A stretch of 18,443 bases of DNA from a bacterium (GTDB lineage Bacteria; Zhuqueibacterota; Zhuqueibacteria; Oceanimicrobiales; Oceanimicrobiaceae): NCBI GenBank assembly GCA_046757165.1, contig JBHHXT010000093.1, forward strand, positions 1 to 18,443, written 5' to 3'. The notes under the pieces were generated by a model. It was given only the letters and a program-made list of their open reading frames with translations, was not told the origin of the DNA and did no database searches. Shown here piece after piece: positions 6,747 to 15,708 of the stretch. Position numbers and translations under genes: made by a program. Every line of letters begins with the position of its first letter. Position 1 is the first letter of the stretch.

Positions 6747-9185
6747 GTGGCGTCGGAAAATGAAAACGGGTATGTGTTTGCTGATTTCACCCTTGACGTG
6801 AGAGAACATCATCTCCTGAAGGGCAAGCAAGAGAAATATCTCCGTCCCAAAACTTTTGAAACCCTGTTGTACCTGGTTAAACGAGCCGGGCGGCTGGTCA
6901 AGAAAACTGAATTGTTAGACCAGGTATGGGCAGATACATTTGTGACCGAAAATACACTTAGCCAATGTATCAAAGAGATTCGCCAGACTTTGCAGGATGA
7001 TATCGCCCGGCCCCGCTATGTCAAAACGATTCCTCGCGTCGGCTACAAATTCATTGCCCCGGTGACAGAGGTTCATCAGGAAACAAAGAGCCTACCCGAG
7101 GTCGAAGGCGGTCCGATCCTGGACGAAGATCAGGTGTCGACCTCAAAGCAATTTCCACCTACAATGCCTGGCTGGAACCGACACAGGCAACCGTTTTCCG
7201 CGGGCAGAAATATGATCGGCGCACTTCTGATCGGTTTGGTGGTCGTAATGACAGTCGCGTATTTCATTTTCAAACCCGAGTCCGTCATTTCATTTGCAGC
7301 GCGTGATTGGCTGTTGGTCACAGATTTCGAAAATCATACGGGCGAACAAATATTTGCGTCGGCATTGAGAACGGCTCTGGAGCGTGAGCTGAGCCGGTCG
7401 GTTTATGTCAACGCGGTCCCACCTGCACGCGTGCTCGACATCCTGCGATTAATGCAGCGTGACCCTGTTGAGAAAATCGACGAACAGGTAGGGCGTGAGA
7501 TTTGTTTGCGGGACGGGGGTATCCGGGCGATGCTGAGCGGCAGCATTCAAGAGATTGGTGGACGCTACGCCATTATGGTTAAGCTTATCGAGCCGGCAAA
7601 TGGAGTGACTGTGAGCAGTTTTTCAGAGCAAGCTGGCAACCGGCAGGAGGTGTTACCGGCCATTCGCCGCCTGGCAGTTGCCGTGCGCAAAAAGCTGGGG
7701 GAATCACTGACTTCCATCACAAGAACGGAAAAAGGGTTAGAGCACGTATCTACGCCGTCGCTGGAGGCGCTGAAACTTTACTCCAAAGGGTGGCGCTTAA
7801 AGAATTTGTTCGATTGGGAGCAAGCACGCTATTTTTTTGAGCAGGCCATTCACGATGACTCCTCCTTTGCGATGAGTTATTTAGGGCTGGGTTTTACCCA
7901 CTTGTGGCTGGGACAATTGGCCGAATCACGCGCCAATTTTGAGCGAGCGGCGCAGTGGGCAGAGAGTGTTACCGGACGTGAGAAGTACTTTATTCTTGGT
8001 TCTCACGCCTCCTACGGTCTCGGTGATTTTCAGCAAGCGATCGCCAACTACCAGGTCTTGGTGGAGTTGTACCCGGACCACTATTGGGGACACGAAAATC
8101 TCAGTCAGGCCTATCTTTGGGCCGGGGATTTCCGGCGCTGTATGGAACATAAGCAAGTCTGTGCTCGCATTCGCCCCTATTACGCTATCAACCATTCCGA
8201 CCTGGGTGTTTTGACTCTGTTCATAGAGCAGGACGTAGAAAAAGCGCATCATGAGTTTTCTCGCGCGCTCGAGCTGAACCCTGAGCTGCCTTTCGAACTC
8301 CCACATTTATCAGAAGCCTTCCAGGATTGGATGGATGGCGACCTGGATTTGGTGGAGAGCAAGATGCAAGCATTTCTTTCAACACGAACAGATAAGCTTC
8401 TGCCCGATTTCCGGGTCACCAGCCGCTGGCTTGTTGCTCGTTTTTATCTCTTTAGTGGAAAATTTGATCAGGCTTTGGAACTGCTCGAAGCCAGTCTAAC
8501 CCGGGCGCTTGATCATCCGAAAAGTAATCTGACGCCCTGGAGTCGGATGGAGTTGGCCCTTACCCATTGGGAATTGGGTCATATTGAATTATTTGAGGTC
8601 TCGATGAAAACGACTGCCGATCAAACCGTGGGTATCGCTCGTGTTCAGGCACTCGGGTGGTTGGGGAGCTATTTCGCTAGCTCCGGGGATACCCTGCAGG
8701 CGCAACAGTTGATACGCCAATTCATGGCAGAAGAACGTCAGATGGCTGTGGGAATTATTCAACCTCCTCTTCCCATGGAGCTTGACCGCGCTAAAGGAGC
8801 TTTCAGTGCTCTAATCCAGGGCAAGATTGCGCTTAGAAGGGGAAATGCCAACCAGGCCATCAAGCATTTCAAGCAGGTCATCGAGCTGGTTCCTGCTTCA
8901 CAAATGCCTGCGCTCACTGCCCTTAATCCGCGAATCCTTTTGGTTGCCTATCAATCATTAGCTCATGCCTATGAGCAGCAACAGAAATGGGATGCAGCCA
9001 TTACTGCTTATCAGGCCATCCTCGATCTCAAAGTTTTGACGATCACCGTCCCTGCGGCTTCTCCCATTTGGGTGAAAGCGCTCTATTCGATCAGCCATCC
9101 ACTCGAGAAAAAAGACGAAATTGAAAAAGCAAACTTCTACAGGGAGCAGCACGCCAGTTTATGGCCTTCGATAAGCGGTAAATGA
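6747..9185 (+). CDS. Membrane-anchored one-component regulator: OmpR/PhoB-type wHTH + TM helix + TolB-N/FlgO-like domain + TPR repeats (CadC/ToxR-like)
   Basis: N-terminal LRPKTFETLLYLV..ELLDQVW..ENTLSQCIKEIRQTL..YVKTIPRVGYKF. TM segment MIGALLIGLVVVMTVAYFIF. Then LLVTDFENHTGE and TPSLEALKLYSKG followed by TPR-like helices. GTG start with GAGG upstream. Confidence 0.9.
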   Translation: MASENENGYVFADFTLDVREHHLLKGKQEKYLRPKTFETLLYLVKRAGRLVKKTELLDQVWADTFVTENTLSQCIKEIRQTLQDDIARPRYVKTIPRVGYKFIAPVTEVHQETKSLPEVEGGPILDEDQVSTSKQFPPTMPGWNRHRQPFSAGRNMIGALLIGLVVVMTVAYFIFKPESVISFAARDWLLVTDFENHTGEQIFASALRTALERELSRSVYVNAVPPARVLDILRLMQRDPVEKIDEQVGREICLRDGGIRAMLSGSIQEIGGRYAIMVKLIEPANGVTVSSFSEQAGNRQEVLPAIRRLAVAVRKKLGESLTSITRTEKGLEHVSTPSLEALKLYSKGWRLKNLFDWEQARYFFEQAIHDDSSFAMSYLGLGFTHLWLGQLAESRANFERAAQWAESVTGREKYFILGSHASYGLGDFQQAIANYQVLVELYPDHYWGHENLSQAYLWAGDFRRCMEHKQVCARIRPYYAINHSDLGVLTLFIEQDVEKAHHEFSRALELNPELPFELPHLSEAFQDWMDGDLDLVESKMQAFLSTRTDKLLPDFRVTSRWLVARFYLFSGKFDQALELLEASLTRALDHPKSNLTPWSRMELALTHWELGHIELFEVSMKTTADQTVGIARVQALGWLGSYFASSGDTLQAQQLIRQFMAEERQMAVGIIQPPLPMELDRAKGAFSALIQGKIALRRGNANQAIKHFKQVIELVPASQMPALTALNPRILLVAYQSLAHAYEQQQKWDAAITAYQAILDLKVLTITVPAASPIWVKALYSISHPLEKKDEIEKANFYREQHASLWPSISGK

Positions 9186-9189
9186 AAGG

Positions 9190-9387
9190 CCGCCGGAACA
9201 GGCCTTAGTGGCGCCTGTTTTCGAGCCAACTTCCGATCCTCCGCCAGCTCCCCGGGGTGCATCGTTATCCATTCAACAACCAGCCGCAGCACTCGAGGCG
9301 GCAGTTCACCACAAGTGTCCGGCTGCCAAAATCCAATTCAGCTGTAAACTCGCCATATCGTGCATGTCGATGCGGCGGATTATGATC
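9190..9387 (-). pseudogene. DUF4160-family (DhiT-like) toxin remnant, 5'-truncated and frameshifted
   Basis: Manual minus-strand translation from 9387 gives DHNPPHRHARYGEFTAELDFGSRTL, then after a frameshift near 9311 GELPPRVLRLVVEWITMHPGELAEDRKLARKQAPLRPV. Not in the ORF track, and no start codon. Confidence 0.8.
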
Positions 9388-9519
9388 AGAAACAACCCGC
9401 ATTTTCGATTTGTAGAAAAAGGGCATCGCGCAGGTGAAAACGTCTATTCTGCAATGGGCAAAACTGATGCGGGCCGCTATCTCATCGTGTTTCTTGTGTA
9501 CAAGAAAAACTTACTATAG
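9388..9519 (+). pseudogene. BrnT-family toxin internal fragment
   Basis: RNNPHFRFVEKGHRAGENVYSAMGKTDAGRYLIVFLVYKK then a premature end. The N-terminus and the C-terminal (I/V)SAR motif are missing. Confidence 0.75.
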
Positions 9520-9637
9520 AGTAGACAAGACTCTATCCGAAAAAATAGAGTCTGTGGCAAAACGCCGCGGGGTATCGGCGGATACGCTCCTCAATTTGTG
9601 GATTCCAGAAAAACTTCAGCAGCAAAAAATATTGTAG
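9509..9637 (+). pseudogene. CopG/BrnA-like antitoxin, C-terminal ribbon-helix-helix fragment
   Basis: TYYRVDKTLSEKIESVAKRRGVSADTLLNLWIPEKL. The N-terminal half (FWDxHD-type motif) is absent. Abuts the BrnT fragment in another frame. Confidence 0.7.
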
Positions 9638-9734
9638 ATCTGATTTGTCCCTAATCTATTCAAGCAAGTATGATTACGATCCCTGGTGATTTTCAATTAT
9701 ATTATGGATTCTAAGCCCTGCCCTTTCCCCACAG

Positions 9735-12185
9735 TTAGCGCAACAAAACCATTCGCCGGTGCAAAACAGTATCCCCCGCCTGCAGCCGGTAGACATAAAC
9801 ACCGCTTGACACCGCAATGGCGGCTTCGTTTCTGCCGTCCCAGTTGACTCTGTAAGAACCGGCTGCCTGCTTCTTGCGCACCAGGGTTCGAACCCGTTGA
9901 CCGAGCAGGTTGTAAACCGTCAAAACCACCTTTCCGGCTGCCGGCAAGCGGTAGTTGATGGTGGTCTCCGGGTTGAAGGGATTGGGGTAGTTCGGGAGCA
10001 AAGCGAGCGAAAAGGAAGCGCCGGTCTTCACCCCGACAATCGAGCTTCCCAGAATGTAGGTGTGAAACGGGTGCGTTTCCAGGCCACTATTGACGGCAAA
10101 AGCTTCGCCGGTCGTGACGTCTGTCACCGCCGTTCCTTCGACGGCCGGGAAGGGAAAACGTTCAAAGGCGAACAAGACCACTTCGGCCGTCTCGTCATGA
10201 ATCCATGCCACGCCTTGCCATTTGTCGCCGGCCGCGACCAGCGTTCGGTGCTGCATTTTGTCCATGACTTGCAGGTAGTCGTGGTTGGCCCGGGCAATGC
10301 GATCGATCTCGGCTGGAGGCATTTTTTCGAGCTCGGCGAGACTGGCCACGCCGACTACGCCACCGGCGGCCAGAGTCCTGAAGTAGGCTTCGGGCTCGGG
10401 ATACAGGTCCGCGACGTAGCGGTAAAGCCCGTACTCCCGGCCGCGTATTTTATCCAGATCTGCCCGGACAGGCGGCTCGTGGCCGTAACCGCCGGTAGAA
10501 AGTCCCAGCGGACCGCACCCCTCGATATGCACCTCGGTCATGCCCATTTGCCAGAACTCCCGTTGCATCGCCAGCGAGCGGTCGAGGGCCGGGCGCGGCT
10601 GGGTCTCGCGGTAATCCGGCAGCACCCCGAAAGTCAGGAAGGAATCCTGCCAGATGCCGTCGTAACCCAAATCCGCAAACGTGCCGTGATATCTCTGGCT
10701 GGCATAATCATAGTAGCCGCCGCGCTGGCTGGTGCCGGTGATATCGGGGTAGTCAAAATCTTCCGGTATTCCTGAAAGCTGCCATTTGACCCAATCCGGA
10801 TTTTGTACGAACAGGGGGGATGAATTCGACAGGTGACCGGGTGAAGACCACAAAACCATTTTCACGCCCAGTTCATGCGCGCTTTCTATCAGAGCCCGCA
10901 TGGCCTCGTGGCCGCCTATACCTTCGCTGACTTCGAGTCGCCAGGGGGCATTGCCGGAGCCGCCGCTGTTGCTTCCCGGCAGGTAATCCTCGATAGGATG
11001 GTCGGCGTCGCTCTCCCACGGCGACTGCAAATAGATAACTCGAAAGCCGAGCTCGGCCAACCGCGGCAGCTCATTCGTCCTGAAATCGTCCAGCCAGAAC
11101 GTTTCAATTTCTCCGCGCCGGTAGCGTTCATAATATTCATCCCCGGGCCAGCCCCAATAGATCGTCGGTTTCGGGCGGGTCACACCCAGCCCGAGGGCGC
11201 GTCTGTGCTTCCCGGCCGTGGCGTCGTAGATGGCAGTCCACGCATCGATGACGGCCCATTTCGTTGGCAGCATTTTGTCGCTCCACAGCCAGAGCTTCAT
11301 CGGCGTCTCCCGCACCGTGCCGGCGCCAAGCGGAATGCGCGACATGACGAAATGGCGTCCGGCCTCCTCGTCAATGCCAACCTGCGCCGCGATCACGTCT
11401 TCAAAAAAACTGACCGCCGCGCCCTGTGCGCCGCCCACGAAGTAAAACGGCTGCGTATCGGCAAAATACCAGCTCTCGGGAACGCGCAGCGGTTGACCCC
11501 CGCCGGGCTGGTTTTCAATCCATTTACCCCAGCTCTGGGCCAGGGCCCAGTCACCCGTGCGCGTTTGCACCGGCTCGACCACATTCAGCCAGGCCGCCTG
11601 CTCCAAGCCTTGCAGCCGCACCTTCCAGCCGAGACCCCGGTAACGGCTTTGCCCGAGGGTCATATCGACGGGCGAAAAGAGCCACTGCAACTCTCCGGCA
11701 AGCCCGTTGGAGGAAGCGCGCGTTATCACCCGGACCGTATCGGCTTCAATCAGATACCCGAGATACTCAAAAGCGTCCAGCTCTTCAACTTGCATCTCGC
11801 GGCTGCCGATGGAGGGCCACTGGTTATGGTTTGCCTGCCGTTGCAGCAGATATGCCGGCCAATCGCTGACACCGTCAATGGGGCCTTCACCCATGACTTC
11901 GATGGCTGGCGGCAGCTCATATCCTGCCGGCATGGAGAGAATTTCGCGGCTGCCGACCCAGAGTCTGGCAAAGCCGGCGACGGATTGTGCTTGACTGCGG
12001 GGAAGGACAATGCCCACTTGCTGCGGGAAAAGAATGGTCAGACTATCCGGGGTTTCGATAACCTGTGGCTCTGACGTCGGATAGGTTGGCGTTTGCGCCG
12101 TTGCGGTTGTCGCGCAAACAAATAAGAGGGCCGCACTGGCCAGGTAAATGCGCACGCGTGATTTGACCAACACTGGAACGTTCAT
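9735..12185 (-). CDS. Large secreted glycoside-hydrolase-like TIM-barrel protein with FlgD-Ig/T9SS type A-like sorting domain
   Basis: Signal peptide ending ATATA-Q. Barrel motifs LPRLAELGFRVIYLQSPW, GGHEAMRALIESAHELGVKMVLW, GYDGIWQDSF, VHIEG. C-terminal PNYPNPFNPETTINY..WDGRNEA..SSGVYVYRL. GGAG RBS. Confidence 0.8.
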   Translation of the reverse strand: MNVPVLVKSRVRIYLASAALLFVCATTATAQTPTYPTSEPQVIETPDSLTILFPQQVGIVLPRSQAQSVAGFARLWVGSREILSMPAGYELPPAIEVMGEGPIDGVSDWPAYLLQRQANHNQWPSIGSREMQVEELDAFEYLGYLIEADTVRVITRASSNGLAGELQWLFSPVDMTLGQSRYRGLGWKVRLQGLEQAAWLNVVEPVQTRTGDWALAQSWGKWIENQPGGGQPLRVPESWYFADTQPFYFVGGAQGAAVSFFEDVIAAQVGIDEEAGRHFVMSRIPLGAGTVRETPMKLWLWSDKMLPTKWAVIDAWTAIYDATAGKHRRALGLGVTRPKPTIYWGWPGDEYYERYRRGEIETFWLDDFRTNELPRLAELGFRVIYLQSPWESDADHPIEDYLPGSNSGGSGNAPWRLEVSEGIGGHEAMRALIESAHELGVKMVLWSSPGHLSNSSPLFVQNPDWVKWQLSGIPEDFDYPDITGTSQRGGYYDYASQRYHGTFADLGYDGIWQDSFLTFGVLPDYRETQPRPALDRSLAMQREFWQMGMTEVHIEGCGPLGLSTGGYGHEPPVRADLDKIRGREYGLYRYVADLYPEPEAYFRTLAAGGVVGVASLAELEKMPPAEIDRIARANHDYLQVMDKMQHRTLVAAGDKWQGVAWIHDETAEVVLFAFERFPFPAVEGTAVTDVTTGEAFAVNSGLETHPFHTYILGSSIVGVKTGASFSLALLPNYPNPFNPETTINYRLPAAGKVVLTVYNLLGQRVRTLVRKKQAAGSYRVNWDGRNEAAIAVSSGVYVYRLQAGDTVLHRRMVLLR

Positions 12186-12416
12186 TAGGGCATCTCCGCT
12201 TTTTTGACAATTTGCTGTTCTTGCAAGAAGTGGTTTGACAGTCCAACCCGTTAGTCGTTTCTTCTGCTGGAATATATGACGCGGTGGGGCAATTTTGAGG
12301 GCGTTGTAATCCTGGACAAAGACCTCCAGGGTTTTCTAGGGCAAGAGAACGAAGCCTGTGATAAGCAAATTTACTGTTTCTTACATCACGATCTCCTGAA
12401 CATTTTGCTAGCCAAC

Positions 12417-14162
12417 TCAATTTTCTCTTTCAATGGCAACGATTTGCGGTAACTGTGAAATATCGGGTGGATAATAAAAAAACACCTTTACGTTCTTCCC
12501 CCAGGAGTCGTTCGCTTTTCGTTTGGTTTCAATTTTGAAGTTCAAGATTCTGTCATCGTCACGAAGGCTTGGCAGGGTTTTGAATTCGGTTTCGATGGCT
12601 TGCACTATTTCCTTATTGAACTGCAAAATTGGTTTGTTCTCAGAAAAGAAGCACCCTGCCAGATTCTTTCCGCGATACTGCAACAAATAGCGGTAAGTTG
12701 TCGATGCTGAACCTTCAAATCCGGCCTCGACCCACAAGTCGTCGAACGCCATCTGCGGTTGACCGTTCCTGCCCTGACGACAGCGAAAATGATCCAGGGG
12801 GTTCACTTTGCCATACCAGTACCGGCCTGTTTTATCACGCCGTTCTATCAAGGTCTTCACGATGTAGTCCTCATCTTCCTGATTCAGGAATTCACCTGTT
12901 TCAACGATCGCTCGAATGTGTTCATCCGTGAAGGACATCACGATCTTTGCTGCCCAAAAACCATCGAGTTCCGTCATATTTTGAAAAGCCGGGTTAGGAA
13001 CGATAGAGGCATAATCTCCGGGGTCGAATAAGTCGGAATCAAAATACCCCACAGACGGGCCGATCAATCTTGGCTTTTTTTCAAAGGGCTCAACGTATAA
13101 TCCCAGCGTCGAAATCCTTTTGAATACATCCAATAAATCAAACGCCCCTCGATGTCCTCGAGCTGCGGATGCAGCGCCGCGGCCGCTGCTGCCGAGGGAG
13201 GTCGAAAAGTCAATCAAATAATGCTTGACAAAGCTTTTTCCGTTTTCCGTTACGTACATGTCTAACGTATTATTGGCTTTCGAGTCAGAATTGTTCAACC
13301 AGGCAGAGATGACTTTATACCCCCTGAGTTCACGGCGATGATGGTGAGGAACGCGATCATTCGGGTCATCTTTGCGACGGTTTGCATATAAGAATGGTCC
13401 AAGCCACTCGCCCGCAAGCCGCTTACTCGCCACAAAGCGATATGTCCCGTCGGGGTTCTGTTGAACTTTGCTCAACATGTAGTCAACAAATTCTCTGGTC
13501 ATCGGCACTTCTTTGCCGCGGTTGTTCTTGATCGTGGCGCCCTCTCTGATTCTTATTTGTTCGGGATCGAGGGTACTCAGGTAATTCTCTGGCGTGTTGT
13601 AGCCGCACGCATAGACGAATTTTGTCGTAATCACTTCCGCAGCAGTATTTAACTGAGGAAAGCCCTTGACGTCAAATTTGACAAAATAATCAACCCCTTT
13701 ACTATCCTTTATTCGAAAGCCTGGGGAAATGCCTTCCGCTTTCCCGGCCATAATGGTGATCGGGCCGCTCATATCCGGTCCTTTGCCCTGGTCGGGACCT
13801 CTTTTTAGTTCCTCAATGGTCATCGGATGCATTCCGTGCCGGTTGGTAAACCAGGAAGAATTTGGTACTTCGTCAAGCGCGTTGGTATTCTTAGCCTGCT
13901 TCAGATTGTTGACGATTCTCCGACTGTGCAGAGACAGGTTGCCATATTCATCTATTTCACGAACAAAGACGTTCTCCACACCATCCTCAAAAAGGCTGAC
14001 CCGCCTCGGTTTCGGCTTTGCAATAGGCTCTCTATCCTTCTCTTCGGTGATGACAGCGCGCAAAACATAATGTTTGTGAGAGCCGCAACTTATGACAAGG
14101 AGCGATACACACAGCGCAGTGAGACTCTGCCGCAAAGCACACAAACCCGTGGTCTTTTTCAC
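12417..14162 (-). CDS. Lipoprotein with atypical (HipA/PI3-4K/CotH-like) kinase fold
   Basis: Lipobox LLVISC. Motifs in kinase order: GKAEGISPG, YFVKFD, AAEVITTKFVYACGYNTP, WLNNSDSKANN, YLIDFSTSLG. GTG start 1 nt after the Omp85 stop. The CDS is secure, the product is inferred. Confidence 0.72.
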   Translation of the reverse strand: MKKTTGLCALRQSLTALCVSLLVISCGSHKHYVLRAVITEEKDREPIAKPKPRRVSLFEDGVENVFVREIDEYGNLSLHSRRIVNNLKQAKNTNALDEVPNSSWFTNRHGMHPMTIEELKRGPDQGKGPDMSGPITIMAGKAEGISPGFRIKDSKGVDYFVKFDVKGFPQLNTAAEVITTKFVYACGYNTPENYLSTLDPEQIRIREGATIKNNRGKEVPMTREFVDYMLSKVQQNPDGTYRFVASKRLAGEWLGPFLYANRRKDDPNDRVPHHHRRELRGYKVISAWLNNSDSKANNTLDMYVTENGKSFVKHYLIDFSTSLGSSGRGAASAARGHRGAFDLLDVFKRISTLGLYVEPFEKKPRLIGPSVGYFDSDLFDPGDYASIVPNPAFQNMTELDGFWAAKIVMSFTDEHIRAIVETGEFLNQEDEDYIVKTLIERRDKTGRYWYGKVNPLDHFRCRQGRNGQPQMAFDDLWVEAGFEGSASTTYRYLLQYRGKNLAGCFFSENKPILQFNKEIVQAIETEFKTLPSLRDDDRILNFKIETKRKANDSWGKNVKVFFYYPPDISQLPQIVAIEREN

Positions 14163-14163
14163 G

Positions 14164-15477
14164 TCAAAACTTCCTTATTTCCGTGTTCAGGCCGAAGTTG
14201 AAGCGAATTTGTTCTTTAGACCTGGCAATTTCCAGGACAGCAATTAACCCACCATCGCTTCCTTTGAGTCTGAGCCCCCCGCCAAAGGCGTATCGAAAGC
14301 CTTTAAAGCTGAAATCATCGAAGACGTTCGAGAACACCCGACCCTCTTCAAAAAAGCCGTAGGCAATTGCCTGGGAATGGACTTGCCAACGGTATTCGGC
14401 GCCCCCAAGAAGCGCATCATTATCGCGAAAACGCACAGGCCGGTACCCGCGCAAACCAAACTGACCGCCCAACGCTGAAAGTCGATAAAACGGGATTTGC
14501 TTGTTTTTCAAATTGTCGGTAATTTCAGCTCGTACACGCAGGGCCAGGACCCGCTTATAAAACAAGTTTGTGTACCGTCTCAGGTCTATTGTCAATTTTC
14601 CATATCCAAATGTGTCCCCATCGATTTCGTCGCTGAATTCGTAAGCGATATAGGTTTCGCCTCCTCTTGTGGGATGTCCGCTTTCGTCCCTGGTATGATG
14701 GTAAAACTTCACTTGCAACGACCACATTTTGGCGCCGAAAAATCCCGGAACTTCTGCAGGTGCGAACACGCTACCGAGCGTCGGTTTGTCCGGGTCACGT
14801 CCCTCCCGGATGTCAGTGTTGCTATAGGCAATCCCTACAGCGAGCAAATGACGACCAATCCTGGAAAGCACATCGAATTTAAGATTGCGTTCCTCATACA
14901 AATAATTTGTTTCGTTCTGCCTTGATGAGTTGTTGCCAATGCCAAAGAAATCGTCATCAGGCAATCGAGCATAAAAACCCGCAGCTTCAATTCTAAACCT
15001 TGAAGACAGAAAATGCGGATCGCGTACGCCCCAGTAAAGGTTGCGGCGGGTTCTGATTCCAAAACTGGCAGACGCTCGCAACTTCATGCCGGGCTTGAGA
15101 AAATCATTCTGTCTAAAAGCCAACCCGCCTCCCGAAGTGGACATAAAGACCGGTCTCAGTTTGGTTTTCTCATCCTCGCTCGTAAGCCAGTCGGTGACAC
15201 GTAGCACAATCGCATGGTAATCCATGAATTTCGCGAGACGACCAACGCCTCTAAACCCCAACTTTAGAGGAAATGTAACGATATCACCAGGCAATTCAAC
15301 CAAATCTTCAACAAGGCTATCCCCTGTGTCTCGTTCCTCAACGGGGATTTGACGCGACGGAACATTCTCATCTTCTTTTTCCTGAGCCAGGCAAAAATTG
15401 CCAAACCCTGATGTTGAGAAAAAGATAAATATGGTGACAAGAATTGTTGTCGACGGCTTAGAATCTTTTTTAGCCAT
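14164..15477 (-). CDS. Omp85 (BamA/TamA-superfamily) outer-membrane beta-barrel lacking POTRA domains
   Basis: Signal peptide, amphipathic strands, lid-loop motif LGGQFGLRGYRPVRFRD and a C-terminal Phe. 437 aa. Start moved to the ATG at 15477, downstream of GGAGAAG. Confidence 0.87.
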   Translation of the reverse strand: MAKKDSKPSTTILVTIFIFFSTSGFGNFCLAQEKEDENVPSRQIPVEERDTGDSLVEDLVELPGDIVTFPLKLGFRGVGRLAKFMDYHAIVLRVTDWLTSEDEKTKLRPVFMSTSGGGLAFRQNDFLKPGMKLRASASFGIRTRRNLYWGVRDPHFLSSRFRIEAAGFYARLPDDDFFGIGNNSSRQNETNYLYEERNLKFDVLSRIGRHLLAVGIAYSNTDIREGRDPDKPTLGSVFAPAEVPGFFGAKMWSLQVKFYHHTRDESGHPTRGGETYIAYEFSDEIDGDTFGYGKLTIDLRRYTNLFYKRVLALRVRAEITDNLKNKQIPFYRLSALGGQFGLRGYRPVRFRDNDALLGGAEYRWQVHSQAIAYGFFEEGRVFSNVFDDFSFKGFRYAFGGGLRLKGSDGGLIAVLEIARSKEQIRFNFGLNTEIRKF

Positions 15478-15581
15478 TTGGCTCTTCTCCCCTAAAAGAT
15501 TCAATGGACTTTTCACTTCATTGCTTGCCGAGTCACTGCTCTTGATGCCACAGCCATTGTCTGCTGCGGGATGAGGTTTCG

Positions 15582-15708
15582 GGGTAACACTAAGCTGAGC
15601 CGCAAAGGATGACAGGGCGCGTAAGTTGCTGTTTCAAAAGAACCTCCGATGGGGCACGAAACCTGCCTTTAAGTACTTGCCCTTTGTCGGCTCAAGCTGA
15701 TGTTAGGC
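15582..15708 (-). mobile_element. Integron attC recombination site (127 bp)
   Basis: Minus strand: R'' GCCTAAC, 5 nt, L'' CTTGAGCC(GACAAAGG) ... (CCTTTGC)GGCTCAG L', 6 nt, R' GTTACCC. The arms pair with two unpaired bases on one side. Begins 5 nt after the stop codon of the cassette gene. Confidence 0.88.

Noticed and set aside
9197..9221. Hairpin AACAGGC/GCCTGTT as terminator of the regulator gene
   Set aside because: Weak stem and short T run, and it lies within the DUF4160 remnant coding sequence.
9208..9637. 103-aa and 67-aa ORFs as intact genes
   Set aside because: Chimeric frames. Their N-termini are antisense DUF4160 sequence or off-frame BrnT sequence, and only the C-terminal parts resemble TA proteins.
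9897..12074. Long plus-strand ORFs of 292 aa and 399 aa
   Set aside because: Antisense shadows of the GC-rich 816-aa gene, with no recognisable motifs.
12043..12420. 125-aa minus-strand ORF bridging the kinase and TIM-barrel genes
   Set aside because: Overlaps the 816-aa gene out of frame and has no recognisable features. It probably just spans the promoter region.
14164..15516. Calling the barrel bamA or tamA
   Set aside because: No POTRA domains and no skp/lpxD or tamB context, so only the superfamily is supported.
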